Made by a program: the position numbers and the translations under genes. Of a stretch of DNA of 64,000 bases, positions 8,263-17,140 are shown piece by piece. Under the pieces are notes generated by a model. It was not told the origin of the DNA, searched no databases, and saw only the letters and a list, made by a program, of their open reading frames with translations. The DNA is from Candidatus Fermentibacteraceae bacterium (GTDB lineage Bacteria; Fermentibacterota; Fermentibacteria; Fermentibacterales; JCC-6). Where the stretch lies: assembly GCA_041750285.1 (NCBI GenBank), contig JBGSZS010000004.1, positions 288,001-352,000 of the forward strand, given 5' to 3'. Within the stretch, counting starts at the first letter, position 1, and each line of letters opens with the position of its first letter.

Positions 8263-10284
8263 ATGAAGAGCTTCGCAGAAGAGGTGCGCGGGGGTATTCC
8301 AGGCTCTATCCCCCCAATGCCGCCATCAGTTCAGGGCGTCAATCACGCACCGACCAGACCGGACGTTCTTACCCCCTCCGAGAGGGAACTCGCCCTGAAA
8401 AACGCGCTCAGGTACTTCCCGAAGGATTGGCACGCCGCCCTCGCCCCCGAGTTTGCGCTGGAACTCAAGAACGACGGCAGGATAACGATGCGCCGTTTCA
8501 GGCCGTCATACGAGATGCGGGCACGGCCCATCACCGACTATCCCTGCCGCACCCCCCAGGCGGCGGCGGTGATGCTGATGATCCAGAACAACCTCGACCC
8601 GAGGGTGGCGCAGCATCCGGAAGAACTGGTGACCTACGGCGGCAATGGCAACGTTTTCCAGAACTGGGCACAATACCTTCTCACTATGAAATACCTTTCC
8701 GAGATGACCGACAGGCAGACCCTGGTCCTCTACTCCGGCCACCCCCTCGGCCTTTTCCCGAGCCATGCCGACGCTCCGCGGGTTGTCGTCACGAACGGAA
8801 TGGTCATTCCCAACCACTCCAGTCAGACCGACTACAACCGCATGGCAGCCCTCGGGGTGACCAGCTACGGCCAGATGACGGCAGGCAGCTTCATGTACAT
8901 CGGCCCCCAGGGGATCGTTCACGGAACGACCATCACGCTCATGAACGCCGCCAGGATGTTCCTCGAAGGCGACGGCACGCTTGCGGGAAGGCTTTTCGTG
9001 ACAAGCGGCCTGGGCGGGATGAGCGGCGCGCAGGCAAAGGCGGCGGTCATCGCGGGCGCCATTGGTGTTGTCGCCGAGATCAATCCAAAACCGCTTCACA
9101 CAAGGCACAGTCAGGGCTGGTTGCAGGAGGTCGAGGAAGACCTCGACCGCGTGCTTCTGAGGATCGACCGCGCAAAGCGTGAGAAAAAGCCCCTCAGTCT
9201 CGGCTATCTGGGCAATGTCGTGGATCTTTGGGAAAAGCTTGCCTCCGGGGGTGTATCGGTTGACCTCGGCAGCGACCAGACAAGCCTTCACAACCCCTTC
9301 ATGGGCGGCTACTACCCTGTGGGGCTCACCCTGGAACAGAGCAACGCCATGATGGTGAAAGACCCACAAGGCTTCAGGGATGCGGTCCAGGAATCCCTCA
9401 GAAGGCAGGTCAGGGCCATCAACACCCTTCACGATGGCGGCATGTACTTCTGGGACTACGGCAACGCCTTCCTGCTCGAGGCGGGCAGGGCAGGGGCCGA
9501 ACGGATACTCAGGCCCGACGGCACGTTCGGGTACCCCTCCTACGTCGAGGACATAATGGGCCCGGTCTGTTTCGACTACGGCTTCGGCCCTTTCCGCTGG
9601 GTGTGCACCTCCGCGAACCCCGAAGACCTGGCCGCGACCGACCGCATAGCGGGTGACGTCCTCGAGGCAATGGCAAAGGACGCCCCCCCCGAAAACCGCC
9701 GGCAGCTCCTCGACAACCTGCTCTGGATCAGGCAGGCCGCCGGCAACAGACTGGTCGTCGGCAGCCAGGCAAGGATCCTGTACGCTGACTGGAAGGGCCG
9801 GATCGAACTGGCCCTTGCCTTCAACAGGGCGATAGCCGACGGAGCCGTTTCGGCCCCGATAGTCCTGGGCCGTGACCATCACGACGTTTCCGGCACCGAC
9901 AGCCCCTACCGCGAAACCGCCAACATACGCGACGGCTCGATGTTCACTGCGGACATGGCGGTACACAACGTCATAGGCGACTCGTTCCGCGGCGCGACGT
10001 GGGTAAGCCTTCACAACGGCGGCGGCGTTGGCTGGGGCGAGGTCATGAACGGGGGCTTCGGCCTTCTTCTCGACGGCACGGAAGACGCCGCGCGAAGGGC
10101 CCGCTCGATGTTGAGCTGGGACGTCGGCAACGGCCTGGCCCGAAGAAGCTGGGCCAGGAACCCGGGGGCGGTCTGGGCGATTGAACAGGCAATGAAGTCC
10201 GAACCTCTGATGAAGGTCACCATGCCGGTCGCAGCCGATGACAGCTTGGTAGCAGAAGCCACCCGGCAAGCCTTTGAGGACTGA
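8263..10284 (+). CDS. hutU: Urocanate hydratase (long, ~670 aa form)
   Basis: NNLDPRVAQHPEELVTYGG, GQMTAGSFMYIGPQGIVHGT, GLGGMSGAQ, SDQTSLHN, GRDHHDVSG, HNGGGVGWG; GGAGG before ATG 8263. Confidence 0.96.
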   Translation: MKSFAEEVRGGIPGSIPPMPPSVQGVNHAPTRPDVLTPSERELALKNALRYFPKDWHAALAPEFALELKNDGRITMRRFRPSYEMRARPITDYPCRTPQAAAVMLMIQNNLDPRVAQHPEELVTYGGNGNVFQNWAQYLLTMKYLSEMTDRQTLVLYSGHPLGLFPSHADAPRVVVTNGMVIPNHSSQTDYNRMAALGVTSYGQMTAGSFMYIGPQGIVHGTTITLMNAARMFLEGDGTLAGRLFVTSGLGGMSGAQAKAAVIAGAIGVVAEINPKPLHTRHSQGWLQEVEEDLDRVLLRIDRAKREKKPLSLGYLGNVVDLWEKLASGGVSVDLGSDQTSLHNPFMGGYYPVGLTLEQSNAMMVKDPQGFRDAVQESLRRQVRAINTLHDGGMYFWDYGNAFLLEAGRAGAERILRPDGTFGYPSYVEDIMGPVCFDYGFGPFRWVCTSANPEDLAATDRIAGDVLEAMAKDAPPENRRQLLDNLLWIRQAAGNRLVVGSQARILYADWKGRIELALAFNRAIADGAVSAPIVLGRDHHDVSGTDSPYRETANIRDGSMFTADMAVHNVIGDSFRGATWVSLHNGGGVGWGEVMNGGFGLLLDGTEDAARRARSMLSWDVGNGLARRSWARNPGAVWAIEQAMKSEPLMKVTMPVAADDSLVAEATRQAFED

Positions 10285-10295
10285 GGCGACAACTG

Positions 10296-10976
10296 ATGCA
10301 ACCCAATCTCAAACCATTGCAGTCAAATACTTTGCCGCAGCAAACTAAGTTATCTAAGTCCGTCCCCAAGGCGGTGCTGTTCGACGTGGACGGCACGCTG
10401 CTGGATTACCGCAGGGCGCAGAGCGAGGCGGTGGGGCACGACGCGAAGCTGCTCAAGCTCGTGAACTCGCCCGAGGTGCAGTCGTACGAGGCAAGGGGGG
10501 TTCCAGAACCGCAGGGCGAATTGAAAGAGTTCCTCACGGGTTACTTCCAAAGGCTCTCAGGACAGGGCGCGCTCATGCCGGGCGTGCGTGAGGCCCTGAA
10601 GTCGCTGCAGGGAAAAACGCTGTTCGCCCTTGTCTCGAACGGCGCAGGAGCGGTTCAGGACTCAAGACTGGCAGCGGGTGGGATTATTGATTACTTTCCC
10701 GTGAGGGTGTACAGCCGGGATGAAGGGGTGGCCAAGCCCGACCCCCGCATACTTTCGATCACGCTGGAAAGGCTTGGCGTTCTTCCGGAACAGGCGGTTT
10801 TCGTGGGCGACAGCGCGACCAGCGACATGGCTGCAGCACAGGCTCTGGGCATGGATTTCATCTGGTTCAGGCCGGACGGCCGCTTCGACTCCCCCGGTAA
10901 AAGAGTGGCGGAGATTACCGAACTGGTTCAACTGCCGGAGCTTGTTGCCCGGCATAGCGGAGAGGGTGAAAAATGA
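10296..10976 (+). CDS. HAD-superfamily hydrolase; N-terminus derived from a repeat element
   Basis: AVLFDVDGTLLD, VSNG, KPDP, VGDS..SD motifs; the first ~24 codons overlap the element at 10310-10368. Confidence 0.85.
   Translation: MQPNLKPLQSNTLPQQTKLSKSVPKAVLFDVDGTLLDYRRAQSEAVGHDAKLLKLVNSPEVQSYEARGVPEPQGELKEFLTGYFQRLSGQGALMPGVREALKSLQGKTLFALVSNGAGAVQDSRLAAGGIIDYFPVRVYSRDEGVAKPDPRILSITLERLGVLPEQAVFVGDSATSDMAAAQALGMDFIWFRPDGRFDSPGKRVAEITELVQLPELVARHSGEGEK
10341..10368 (+). repeat. 28-bp dispersed repeat, copy A (CAAACTAAGTTATCTAAGTCCGTCCCCA)
   Basis: Identical to 58177-58204. Confidence 0.9.
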
Positions 10977-11464
10977 AGTACCTTGTTCTCGTCCTGGCAC
11001 TTGCCACAGTATCCTTCGGATACGTCAGCCACGGCCCCCAGGTGGGCGTGTGGATCCCCACCGGCGACATGGCCGACGGCTACGGCACCAGCTTCGGCAT
11101 CGGATATCAGCTGCTCTACCACATGCCGGTCGTTGCCATCGAAGGCTCCATCGGCTACGTCTTCCTCACCCCTGAAGAGGTCGAAGGCGCCGATGTCAGC
11201 GCCCACCTCATCCCCATCACCGCCGGCATCCGCAGCTACAGCGGCTCCCTCTACGCCGCGGGCGGTCTCGAGTACGACAACACCAGCGTCAGCGTGGAGG
11301 TCGGCGGCGTCGAGACCAGCGACTCCGACGGCGAGATCGGCGCCTACTTCGGCGCGGGCATGGTCAACAGGATGGGCTTCGGCAAGCTCGACCTCAGCGC
11401 CAGGGCCCACTGGATGGATTTCGACGAGTTCATGATCAGCATCGGCGGCGGCATCAACTTCTAA
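10973..11464 (+). CDS. Outer-membrane beta-barrel protein
   Basis: Signal peptide, amphipathic strands, terminal GINF, strong codon bias. Confidence 0.8.
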   Translation: MKYLVLVLALATVSFGYVSHGPQVGVWIPTGDMADGYGTSFGIGYQLLYHMPVVAIEGSIGYVFLTPEEVEGADVSAHLIPITAGIRSYSGSLYAAGGLEYDNTSVSVEVGGVETSDSDGEIGAYFGAGMVNRMGFGKLDLSARAHWMDFDEFMISIGGGINF

Positions 11465-11480
11465 GCCGTCAGGTTCCGGA

Positions 11481-11509
11481 AGGGGCGGGCTTCGGTCCGC
11501 CCCTCTTTT
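11481..11509 (+). terminator. Rho-independent terminator
   Basis: AGGGGCGGGC-TTCG-GTCCGCCCCT stem-loop followed by CTTTT, just after the OMP stop. Confidence 0.85.
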
Positions 11510-11549
11510 GATATCCGGCAAAGCCATCCAGCCCAATGAACTGAAAGAG

Positions 11550-11837
11550 TCAGGTTCTGGGCAACTCACACAATTCCAGCGTGCCGCCGTTTCTCAGAAC
11601 CGGGTGTTCGCGAAGCAGGTTCTTCAGCGCTTCAACATCCTCAGACTCAAAACGCATGTATCCTGAAACACTCTTCGTCGTATCGGGCACTTCCTTGCTG
11701 CCAAGCCGGATCCGCTTCCCTATCTCGCTGCCGCCCTGAAACAGACCGCTGCTCCTTGCCAGCTCGAGGAAACTGTCCCATTCTTCGGCTCTTGTCGGTG
11801 TATCGGTATTGTCATGGATAAACAGGATATACTCCAT
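11550..11837 (-). CDS. YciI/DGPF-like small protein
   Basis: MEYILFIH..GGSEIG..VSGYMRF..HPVLRNGGTLELCEL pattern. Confidence 0.7.
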   Translation of the reverse strand: MEYILFIHDNTDTPTRAEEWDSFLELARSSGLFQGGSEIGKRIRLGSKEVPDTTKSVSGYMRFESEDVEALKNLLREHPVLRNGGTLELCELPRT

Positions 11838-11894
11838 GTTGTCTTCCCCCATGTTGCGAAATGGCATTCAGTGAAACACAACGCCTGATCAGGG

Positions 11895-12290
11895 TCAGTC
11901 GTAGCAACAGGTGTACCGGGATTCCTCGTCCTCTTCGATTTCAGTCGACCCGCACCTGATGCAACGGACAGGGGCATCAAAACGAAAGTGGCCCCCGCAA
12001 CGGTGCCTGCCGGCAAGACCCTCGATGAGCTTGTGGTACTCATCCTCGGTCAATGGTTCACCGGCATGGTCCTCCTGAACGCGTTTGTCATGCTCCGCCG
12101 TGGCAATGCTGTACGGTCCGCCCAACCCCTTGATGTATCTGCAGTGCAGCTCTCCCAGGTCCTTGAAGGCAATGAACCTGCCATGGCCGCACTTGTCGCA
12201 TCTGACCTGGAAGAATGTGAACCCTCCACCATCCTGCACTCTGAACTTCTTTCCACATTTCCTGCATCGTGCCCCGTACTCGGAACCCAT
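11895..12290 (-). CDS. Cys-rich hypothetical (zinc-binding) protein
   Basis: CRKC, CDKC, HRC, CIRC motifs; GGGGAG upstream of the ATG. Confidence 0.75.
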   Translation of the reverse strand: MGSEYGARCRKCGKKFRVQDGGGFTFFQVRCDKCGHGRFIAFKDLGELHCRYIKGLGGPYSIATAEHDKRVQEDHAGEPLTEDEYHKLIEGLAGRHRCGGHFRFDAPVRCIRCGSTEIEEDEESRYTCCYD

Positions 12291-12447
12291 GCGGCTTCTC
12301 CCCTCACCAAATCGACCCGTCTAATGCTTTCGAGCACGGCTGGAAACTCATGCAGAAGGCTGTTCGCACGGCATTTCAGCCGCTCGTCACATGGGTTCCC
12401 ACATCCTGAGACCGGCGTGGCTTGTGCCGGTGGAAGCGAAAGCAAAT

Positions 12448-12478
12448 GCATGATAGGCGAATCATGCGTTTTATGCAA
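12448..12478 (-). promoter_or_regulatory. Sigma70-like promoter with overlapping inverted repeat
   Basis: TTGCAT-17 nt-TATCAT on the minus strand; GCATGAT-N6-ATCATGC overlaps the -10. Confidence 0.55.
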
Positions 12479-12614
12479 CTGTCAGTTTCATGCACATAAC
12501 ATCCTCAGCAGGCACTCTTTCGATGACACCAGGTCATCAGTTGTCTCATACGGGGTATCGTGTTGGATCTGACGGCAACACTCTCCACACATCATGTACA
12601 TGCTTTCCGCTGTT

Positions 12615-13019
12615 TTATGGGGTTCCGTGAAGAACGATCGGCAGACACCCCGCGAATTGATGGAAATCCCCGTCCGTAGTGAAGATGGCAAGGTCTTGCC
12701 GCACGGCGACGGCGCAGATCAGGAAATCCGTGTTTGAGCCCTGGATTCCCGGTGAACGGCAGAGATTTACGTAGTTCGCTGCCGTCACGTAATCCTCTGT
12801 AAGCAGGGGCAGATCGGGGAAGGCTGCCAGATCGGCCTCGAGTCGTTCAAACTGCGACTGATCCCGTACTCCCGAGAGAATCTCCTGTCTGATCGGCCCG
12901 ATGATCTCGACAAAGTGGGCATCGATCAGGCGACGGAGCTCATCCACTTCCGCATTCAGAGAAGTGTCGCCGCGTCTCAACGCCAGAGACCAGACGCTCG
13001 TATCGACCAGAACCCTCAC
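12615..13019 (-). CDS. vapC: PIN-domain toxin
   Basis: VLVDTSVW, QEIL, TDFLICAVA, TTDGDF; GTGA overlap with the antitoxin. Confidence 0.92.
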   Translation of the reverse strand: MRVLVDTSVWSLALRRGDTSLNAEVDELRRLIDAHFVEIIGPIRQEILSGVRDQSQFERLEADLAAFPDLPLLTEDYVTAANYVNLCRSPGIQGSNTDFLICAVAVRQDLAIFTTDGDFHQFAGCLPIVLHGTP

Positions 13020-13216
13020 TTCCGGGCCCGCTGCTTCTTGTAGTCGTATTCCGGCTGGAAATCGATTTTCCCGAAAAGCGACAGGACACGCCCCTGACGC
13101 AAGTGACGGACGTATTCCTCAAGAGCCTCGGTTACGGCTTCCCGCTTTGTGCGGTGGTTGCCCAGGGCAACCGCCTCTTTGATCAGTCTATCATCAAGCT
13201 CCAGATTTGTGGCCAT
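13016..13216 (-). CDS. vapB: VapB-family antitoxin
   Basis: MATNLELDDRLIKEA..TKREAVTEALEEY; GGAGG SD. Confidence 0.9.
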   Translation of the reverse strand: MATNLELDDRLIKEAVALGNHRTKREAVTEALEEYVRHLRQGRVLSLFGKIDFQPEYDYKKQRARK

Positions 13217-13230
13217 GGCTATCACCTCCA

Positions 13231-13265
13231 CACACAATATCACACATCGGATTGTGTGGAGTCAA
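13231..13265 (-). promoter_or_regulatory. vapBC promoter/operator
   Basis: -35 TTGACT; perfect inverted repeat CACACAAT-N12-ATTGTGTG overlapping the promoter. Confidence 0.6.
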
Positions 13266-13339
13266 TTGCTTCTCTCTTCAAAACGGCTGAGCTTTCCCCC
13301 TCGAGCATCAATGAGGTGCGAGCATGATACGGCACCTTG

Positions 13340-13789
13340 TCAGGCGTTCCCGGCTTTCCTGATCCGCGGGTGCTCTTCCCGGTAGAGCTTAAGCGCCGCA
13401 GGACTGGCAACAGGGACAAGTCGGCCACCGAATCGCCAGCGATGCGCAAACGTGTCGGATGGCCATTCGAAGATGACACTGTCGAAGAAGTTCGTGCAGA
13501 GCGCGTCTGGATCAACTAGAAAGACCTCGATCCGAACACCGTTCCTTTCAAATGCCCTTTTGTGTGAGAACCGCTTCTGCGGTATCACCGCATAGCGGTC
13601 GTCCGGGGCCAGCAAACCCTCGAGCGCAGCGAAGTCACGGGCTGCAAGCAGCAGGTCCACATCCGAATGGGTTTTCGGGGGGATGAGACCGAGGATCTCC
13701 TCCGCCCATCCTCCGAACACCACTACCGGCAATGACACAAGGTCATCCAACACGGAGAGGAGGAAACCAATGTTGTTTTCTTCCTTCAT
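13340..13789 (-). CDS. Nucleotidyltransferase-domain protein (aminoglycoside adenylyltransferase-like)
   Basis: VFGGWAE...HSDVDL motif. Confidence 0.7.
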   Translation of the reverse strand: MKEENNIGFLLSVLDDLVSLPVVVFGGWAEEILGLIPPKTHSDVDLLLAARDFAALEGLLAPDDRYAVIPQKRFSHKRAFERNGVRIEVFLVDPDALCTNFFDSVIFEWPSDTFAHRWRFGGRLVPVASPAALKLYREEHPRIRKAGNA

Positions 13790-13946
13790 CGTCCCAATCC
13801 GAATCGGTTTCCGTGCCGCTGCATCCATCAGCCGTCGAGCTGCACCGCCCGAAGGGAGGGAGGGGAATCCGGCGTGTCGGGGAAGATACGACAACAGCCT
13901 GAACCGGGAACAGGTTGCTCCGGTCTGTCCCCGAAAAATGGATGGC

Positions 13947-15224
13947 TCAGTGGGCAGCCGGGGCGAGGGCCTTCCTTCTCTTCGCGCTGTGGCGGATGAA
14001 CAGGATTCCCGCAGCCAGGAAGAACCCGGCGGACATCGCGAAGTTGGCCGTGTAGCTCGCGATCTGCATCACGGCGCTTCCCAGGACGGGGGCCACGAAC
14101 CCCCTCAGCGAGGTGGCGGTCACATGAAAGCCCTGGTAGGTGGCCGCCTTGCCTTCCGGGGCGAAGTGCATGCTGCTCATGTTCCAGGAGACCTGGACAC
14201 CGGCCATTCCCGCGGCATAGAAAAGCCATGCGCTGTAGAAGAGCACGACGCCCTGCGCCGGAAACAGGCTCGACGCCACCAGGAGCAGAGGGTAACCCGC
14301 CAGTATCAGGCACATGTGCCCCGTGAACCGGAACGGCCTTATCCTCTCGAGTCCGGCACCCAGGAGAGGGCCGAGGAAAACGAGCCCGATCTGTCCCAGA
14401 ACCCCCTTGGCGGTGGCGTACTGCTCGTACGAAAGGTGAAGGACGTCACGGGCGAAGAACGGTATGGCGGGCTGTATCCCCATGAAACCGAACCCGTAGA
14501 GCATGAAGAAGCTCTCGAACAGCACGAACTCGCGGTCCGCCTTGAAGATGGTCTTCAGCCCCTTCAGCATCTCCCTGATGGATGCCGACTGCTCTGGTCC
14601 GGTGTTCTTGAGCCCCCTCACCATGAAGGCCATGAAGAGGGCCTGCCCGGCTCCGAAGATCCCCTCGGCGAGGAAGAGCCAGCGGTAGAACGAGAAGTCG
14701 GCGTCAAGAAGCGCCCCCGCGAGGATGCTTGCCGGAAGGCTTATCAGGTTGAACAGGCTCATGCCCCAGCCGAAGAGGACTCCCCTGTTGCCGGTCCGGT
14801 ACCGGTGCCTGAACGCGGCGTTCATGCCGGGGATCACGACGCTGTTGGAGCCGAAGAAGAGAAGCAGCAGAAGCAGCATGGTGTTCACGCTGGATGAGAA
14901 GAGCATGAAGGCCACTGAGAGCCTCATCGCCGTTCCGACGAGCATCGCCCTGAAATGGCTGTTGGTGCTGTCCAGCCAGTGGCTCGCAAGAACGCTGAAC
15001 AGGTTGCTGACGGGCCAGATCATTGCGAGTATCGTGATCTGCGTGACCGAAGCGCCCAGGCCGTTGCCGGCAATGTAGTCGTGGTTCAGCACCACGCCCG
15101 AGGCTACGGCCCCGAGAGCCTGGCTTGCCATGTGAAGCCTGAAGGCACGCTTCTCGCCTGGAACCAGCGATACCTTCAGCATTCTGACCAGGCGGGACCC
15201 GAAGCCCTGGAGCTCGGGGAACAT
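13947..15224 (-). CDS. MFS transporter
   Basis: About 12 hydrophobic segments in a 6+6 arrangement. Confidence 0.85.
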   Translation of the reverse strand: MFPELQGFGSRLVRMLKVSLVPGEKRAFRLHMASQALGAVASGVVLNHDYIAGNGLGASVTQITILAMIWPVSNLFSVLASHWLDSTNSHFRAMLVGTAMRLSVAFMLFSSSVNTMLLLLLLFFGSNSVVIPGMNAAFRHRYRTGNRGVLFGWGMSLFNLISLPASILAGALLDADFSFYRWLFLAEGIFGAGQALFMAFMVRGLKNTGPEQSASIREMLKGLKTIFKADREFVLFESFFMLYGFGFMGIQPAIPFFARDVLHLSYEQYATAKGVLGQIGLVFLGPLLGAGLERIRPFRFTGHMCLILAGYPLLLVASSLFPAQGVVLFYSAWLFYAAGMAGVQVSWNMSSMHFAPEGKAATYQGFHVTATSLRGFVAPVLGSAVMQIASYTANFAMSAGFFLAAGILFIRHSAKRRKALAPAAH

Positions 15225-15227
15225 GCC

Positions 15228-15842
15228 CTATTCCTCCTTCAGGATTCCCGCTTTCCTGAGGTGTTTCATGACTTTCTCCACGGATTCCTCAGGGGTCTCG
15301 AGGTGGGTGTGCAGCACCAGCTCGGGGTTGACCGGCTCTTCGTAGGGCGCGTCGATCCCGGTGAACTCCCTTATCAGACCGAGCCTGGCCTTTTTGTAGA
15401 GCCCCTTGGGATCGCGTTCCTCCGCCACCGAAAGCGGTGCGTGGACGAAGACCTCTATGAAATCCCCCTTGCCCTGGATGTTCCTCGCCCTGTCCCTGTC
15501 GGAGGAGTACGGGCTTATGAAGGCCACCATGTTTATAATGCCGAAACTCGTGAGAAGCTTTGCAACCTCGGCGATCCTCCGGATGTTCTCGGTTCGTGCC
15601 TCGGGGCTGAAGCCCAGGTCGCAGTTGAGCCCGTGGCGGATGTTGTCGCCGTCGAGAACCGCTGTGTGAACTCCGTCCGTGTGCAGTCTTGCAGCGAGAA
15701 GGTCGGCCACCGTTGACTTGCCGCTTCCCGAGAGACCGGTGAGCCAGACGGTAGCGCCTTTGTGCCGGTTGAGGGCTTCCCGCTCGGGTCTGCCTATGGT
15801 CAGTTCCCTCCAGGTGACGTTGTGGTCGGGACAATCCTTCAC
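15228..15842 (-). CDS. cysC: Adenylyl-sulfate (APS) kinase
   Basis: WLTGLSGSGKST, LDGDNIRHGL, RDPKGLY, FTGIDAPYE; GTG start overlapping the upstream TGA. Confidence 0.95.
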   Translation of the reverse strand: MKDCPDHNVTWRELTIGRPEREALNRHKGATVWLTGLSGSGKSTVADLLAARLHTDGVHTAVLDGDNIRHGLNCDLGFSPEARTENIRRIAEVAKLLTSFGIINMVAFISPYSSDRDRARNIQGKGDFIEVFVHAPLSVAEERDPKGLYKKARLGLIREFTGIDAPYEEPVNPELVLHTHLETPEESVEKVMKHLRKAGILKEE

Positions 15843-17140
15843 TTCGCTCCGCCTTCCCGCTCGAGACCTTCCACGGCCTGCTCGAGTTTGCCCGTGTCGA
15901 CGGCCCTGCCGGCCCTTGACGATGAAAGCGCCTTCAGAAGAGCCTCGAGGGGCATGAAGCCCGACCTCTTCACGAAGTGCGCGGCGCAAAGGAGCGAAGC
16001 GCTCCTTGCGCCAAGGGGCGCCCGGTAGTCCCTTGTGATCTGCTCCGCCCCGGACGCGGGCACATTCAGTGCCGAATCGATGAATATCATGCCGGCTCCC
16101 ATCTTCTCGAGCCGTGCGAGGGCCTTCTCACGCCCTTCGACCGAGGTCACCAGCGCGGCGTCGATGCCGGTGATGCCGGTGTAGTGAATCTCTTCGGTGG
16201 AGATGATGACCTCGGCAAGCGAGAAGCCCACTCCGACGGTCACGGGGTAGCTGCCCTTCTTGGTCACGTAAAGCCCGCAGGAGATCGCAGCCTGCGCAAG
16301 GAGTTCGGCAGTGGACTGCACCCCCTCGCCGGCCGACCCCGCCAGGATGATCGAAACCTTCCCGGAGAGTTCGTGGCCAAACTCGACCGCGGGGACGGGG
16401 ACATCATTCAGAAGGCTCTCGGTGTTGCCCCTCAACGTGGGGTGGAAGGGTTCGGCGGACTCGTTTCGCAGCAGTACGGGGGCGAGCCCCGATCCCTCGG
16501 TGATCTCTGCCAGCTTGCGGCCGGGGTTGAACTTGACGCCGTAGCTGGGACAGAGCTCGACGGCCTCGATGAGGGAAAAACCCCTGACCCTGAGAGCCTC
16601 TTCGAGAACGTCTGTCAGATCACCCGCTGCGATGATCCTGCGGGCGTAGGAAGCACCTATTCCGTGGACCATCTTCACGAGGTCCATGCCGCTGTCGGGT
16701 CTGCCTTCGGGCATCGTTGATGTCTTGAAACCGCAGGGGGTCAGACCCGAGGGCTGCCCTCCCGTCATCCCGTAGAGCATGTTGTTGTGAACGATCACCG
16801 TCATGTCGATGTTGCGGTGGGCTGCCTCGATGATGTGGTGAAGCCCGATGGTGGCGCCGCCGTCGCCCAGGAGCACCAGTATCTTCTTTTCCGGGTTCGA
16901 GAGCCCCATGGATATGCCGGTTGCGAGCGCCACCGACCTTCCGTGGAGGCCGTGCACCGTGTGTGCGTTGAACTGTTTGTCGATTATGCCAATGCAGCCG
17001 ATGTCGGTGACCACCACGAGATCAAGCGGCGTCAGGTGATCAAGCCTTTGAAGGGCCTTCTCGATGCTCCTCGCCAGAAGCCCGTGGCCGCAGCCCGAGC
17101 AGAACGGGAGGTTCTCGGTGGAAAGGAAGCCCTGGCTCAT
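15839..17140 (-). CDS. 2-oxoacid:ferredoxin oxidoreductase, fused beta-gamma subunit
   Basis: FCSGCGH, DIGC, LHGR, GDGG, NNMLYGMTGGQ (beta, TPP) plus AGSAGEGVQ (gamma). Confidence 0.9.
   Translation of the reverse strand: MSQGFLSTENLPFCSGCGHGLLARSIEKALQRLDHLTPLDLVVVTDIGCIGIIDKQFNAHTVHGLHGRSVALATGISMGLSNPEKKILVLLGDGGATIGLHHIIEAAHRNIDMTVIVHNNMLYGMTGGQPSGLTPCGFKTSTMPEGRPDSGMDLVKMVHGIGASYARRIIAAGDLTDVLEEALRVRGFSLIEAVELCPSYGVKFNPGRKLAEITEGSGLAPVLLRNESAEPFHPTLRGNTESLLNDVPVPAVEFGHELSGKVSIILAGSAGEGVQSTAELLAQAAISCGLYVTKKGSYPVTVGVGFSLAEVIISTEEIHYTGITGIDAALVTSVEGREKALARLEKMGAGMIFIDSALNVPASGAEQITRDYRAPLGARSASLLCAAHFVKRSGFMPLEALLKALSSSRAGRAVDTGKLEQAVEGLEREGGAK

Noticed and set aside
8506..10269. 587-aa minus-strand ORF
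   Set aside because: Antisense shadow of hutU caused by GC-rich codon bias; no motifs
12318..12370. attC-like ends (GCGAAC...ATTAGAC) upstream of the Cys-rich gene
   Set aside because: Lacks the GTT core and good internal complementarity; no integron integrase in the window
12518..12545. CUGAUGA...GAAA hammerhead-like core on the minus strand
   Set aside because: Stem II does not pair as required; better read as a simple GATGAC/GTCATC hairpin
12488..12603. Short Cys-containing ORF (MYMMCGECC...)
   Set aside because: No clear SD or motif; cannot be supported as a gene
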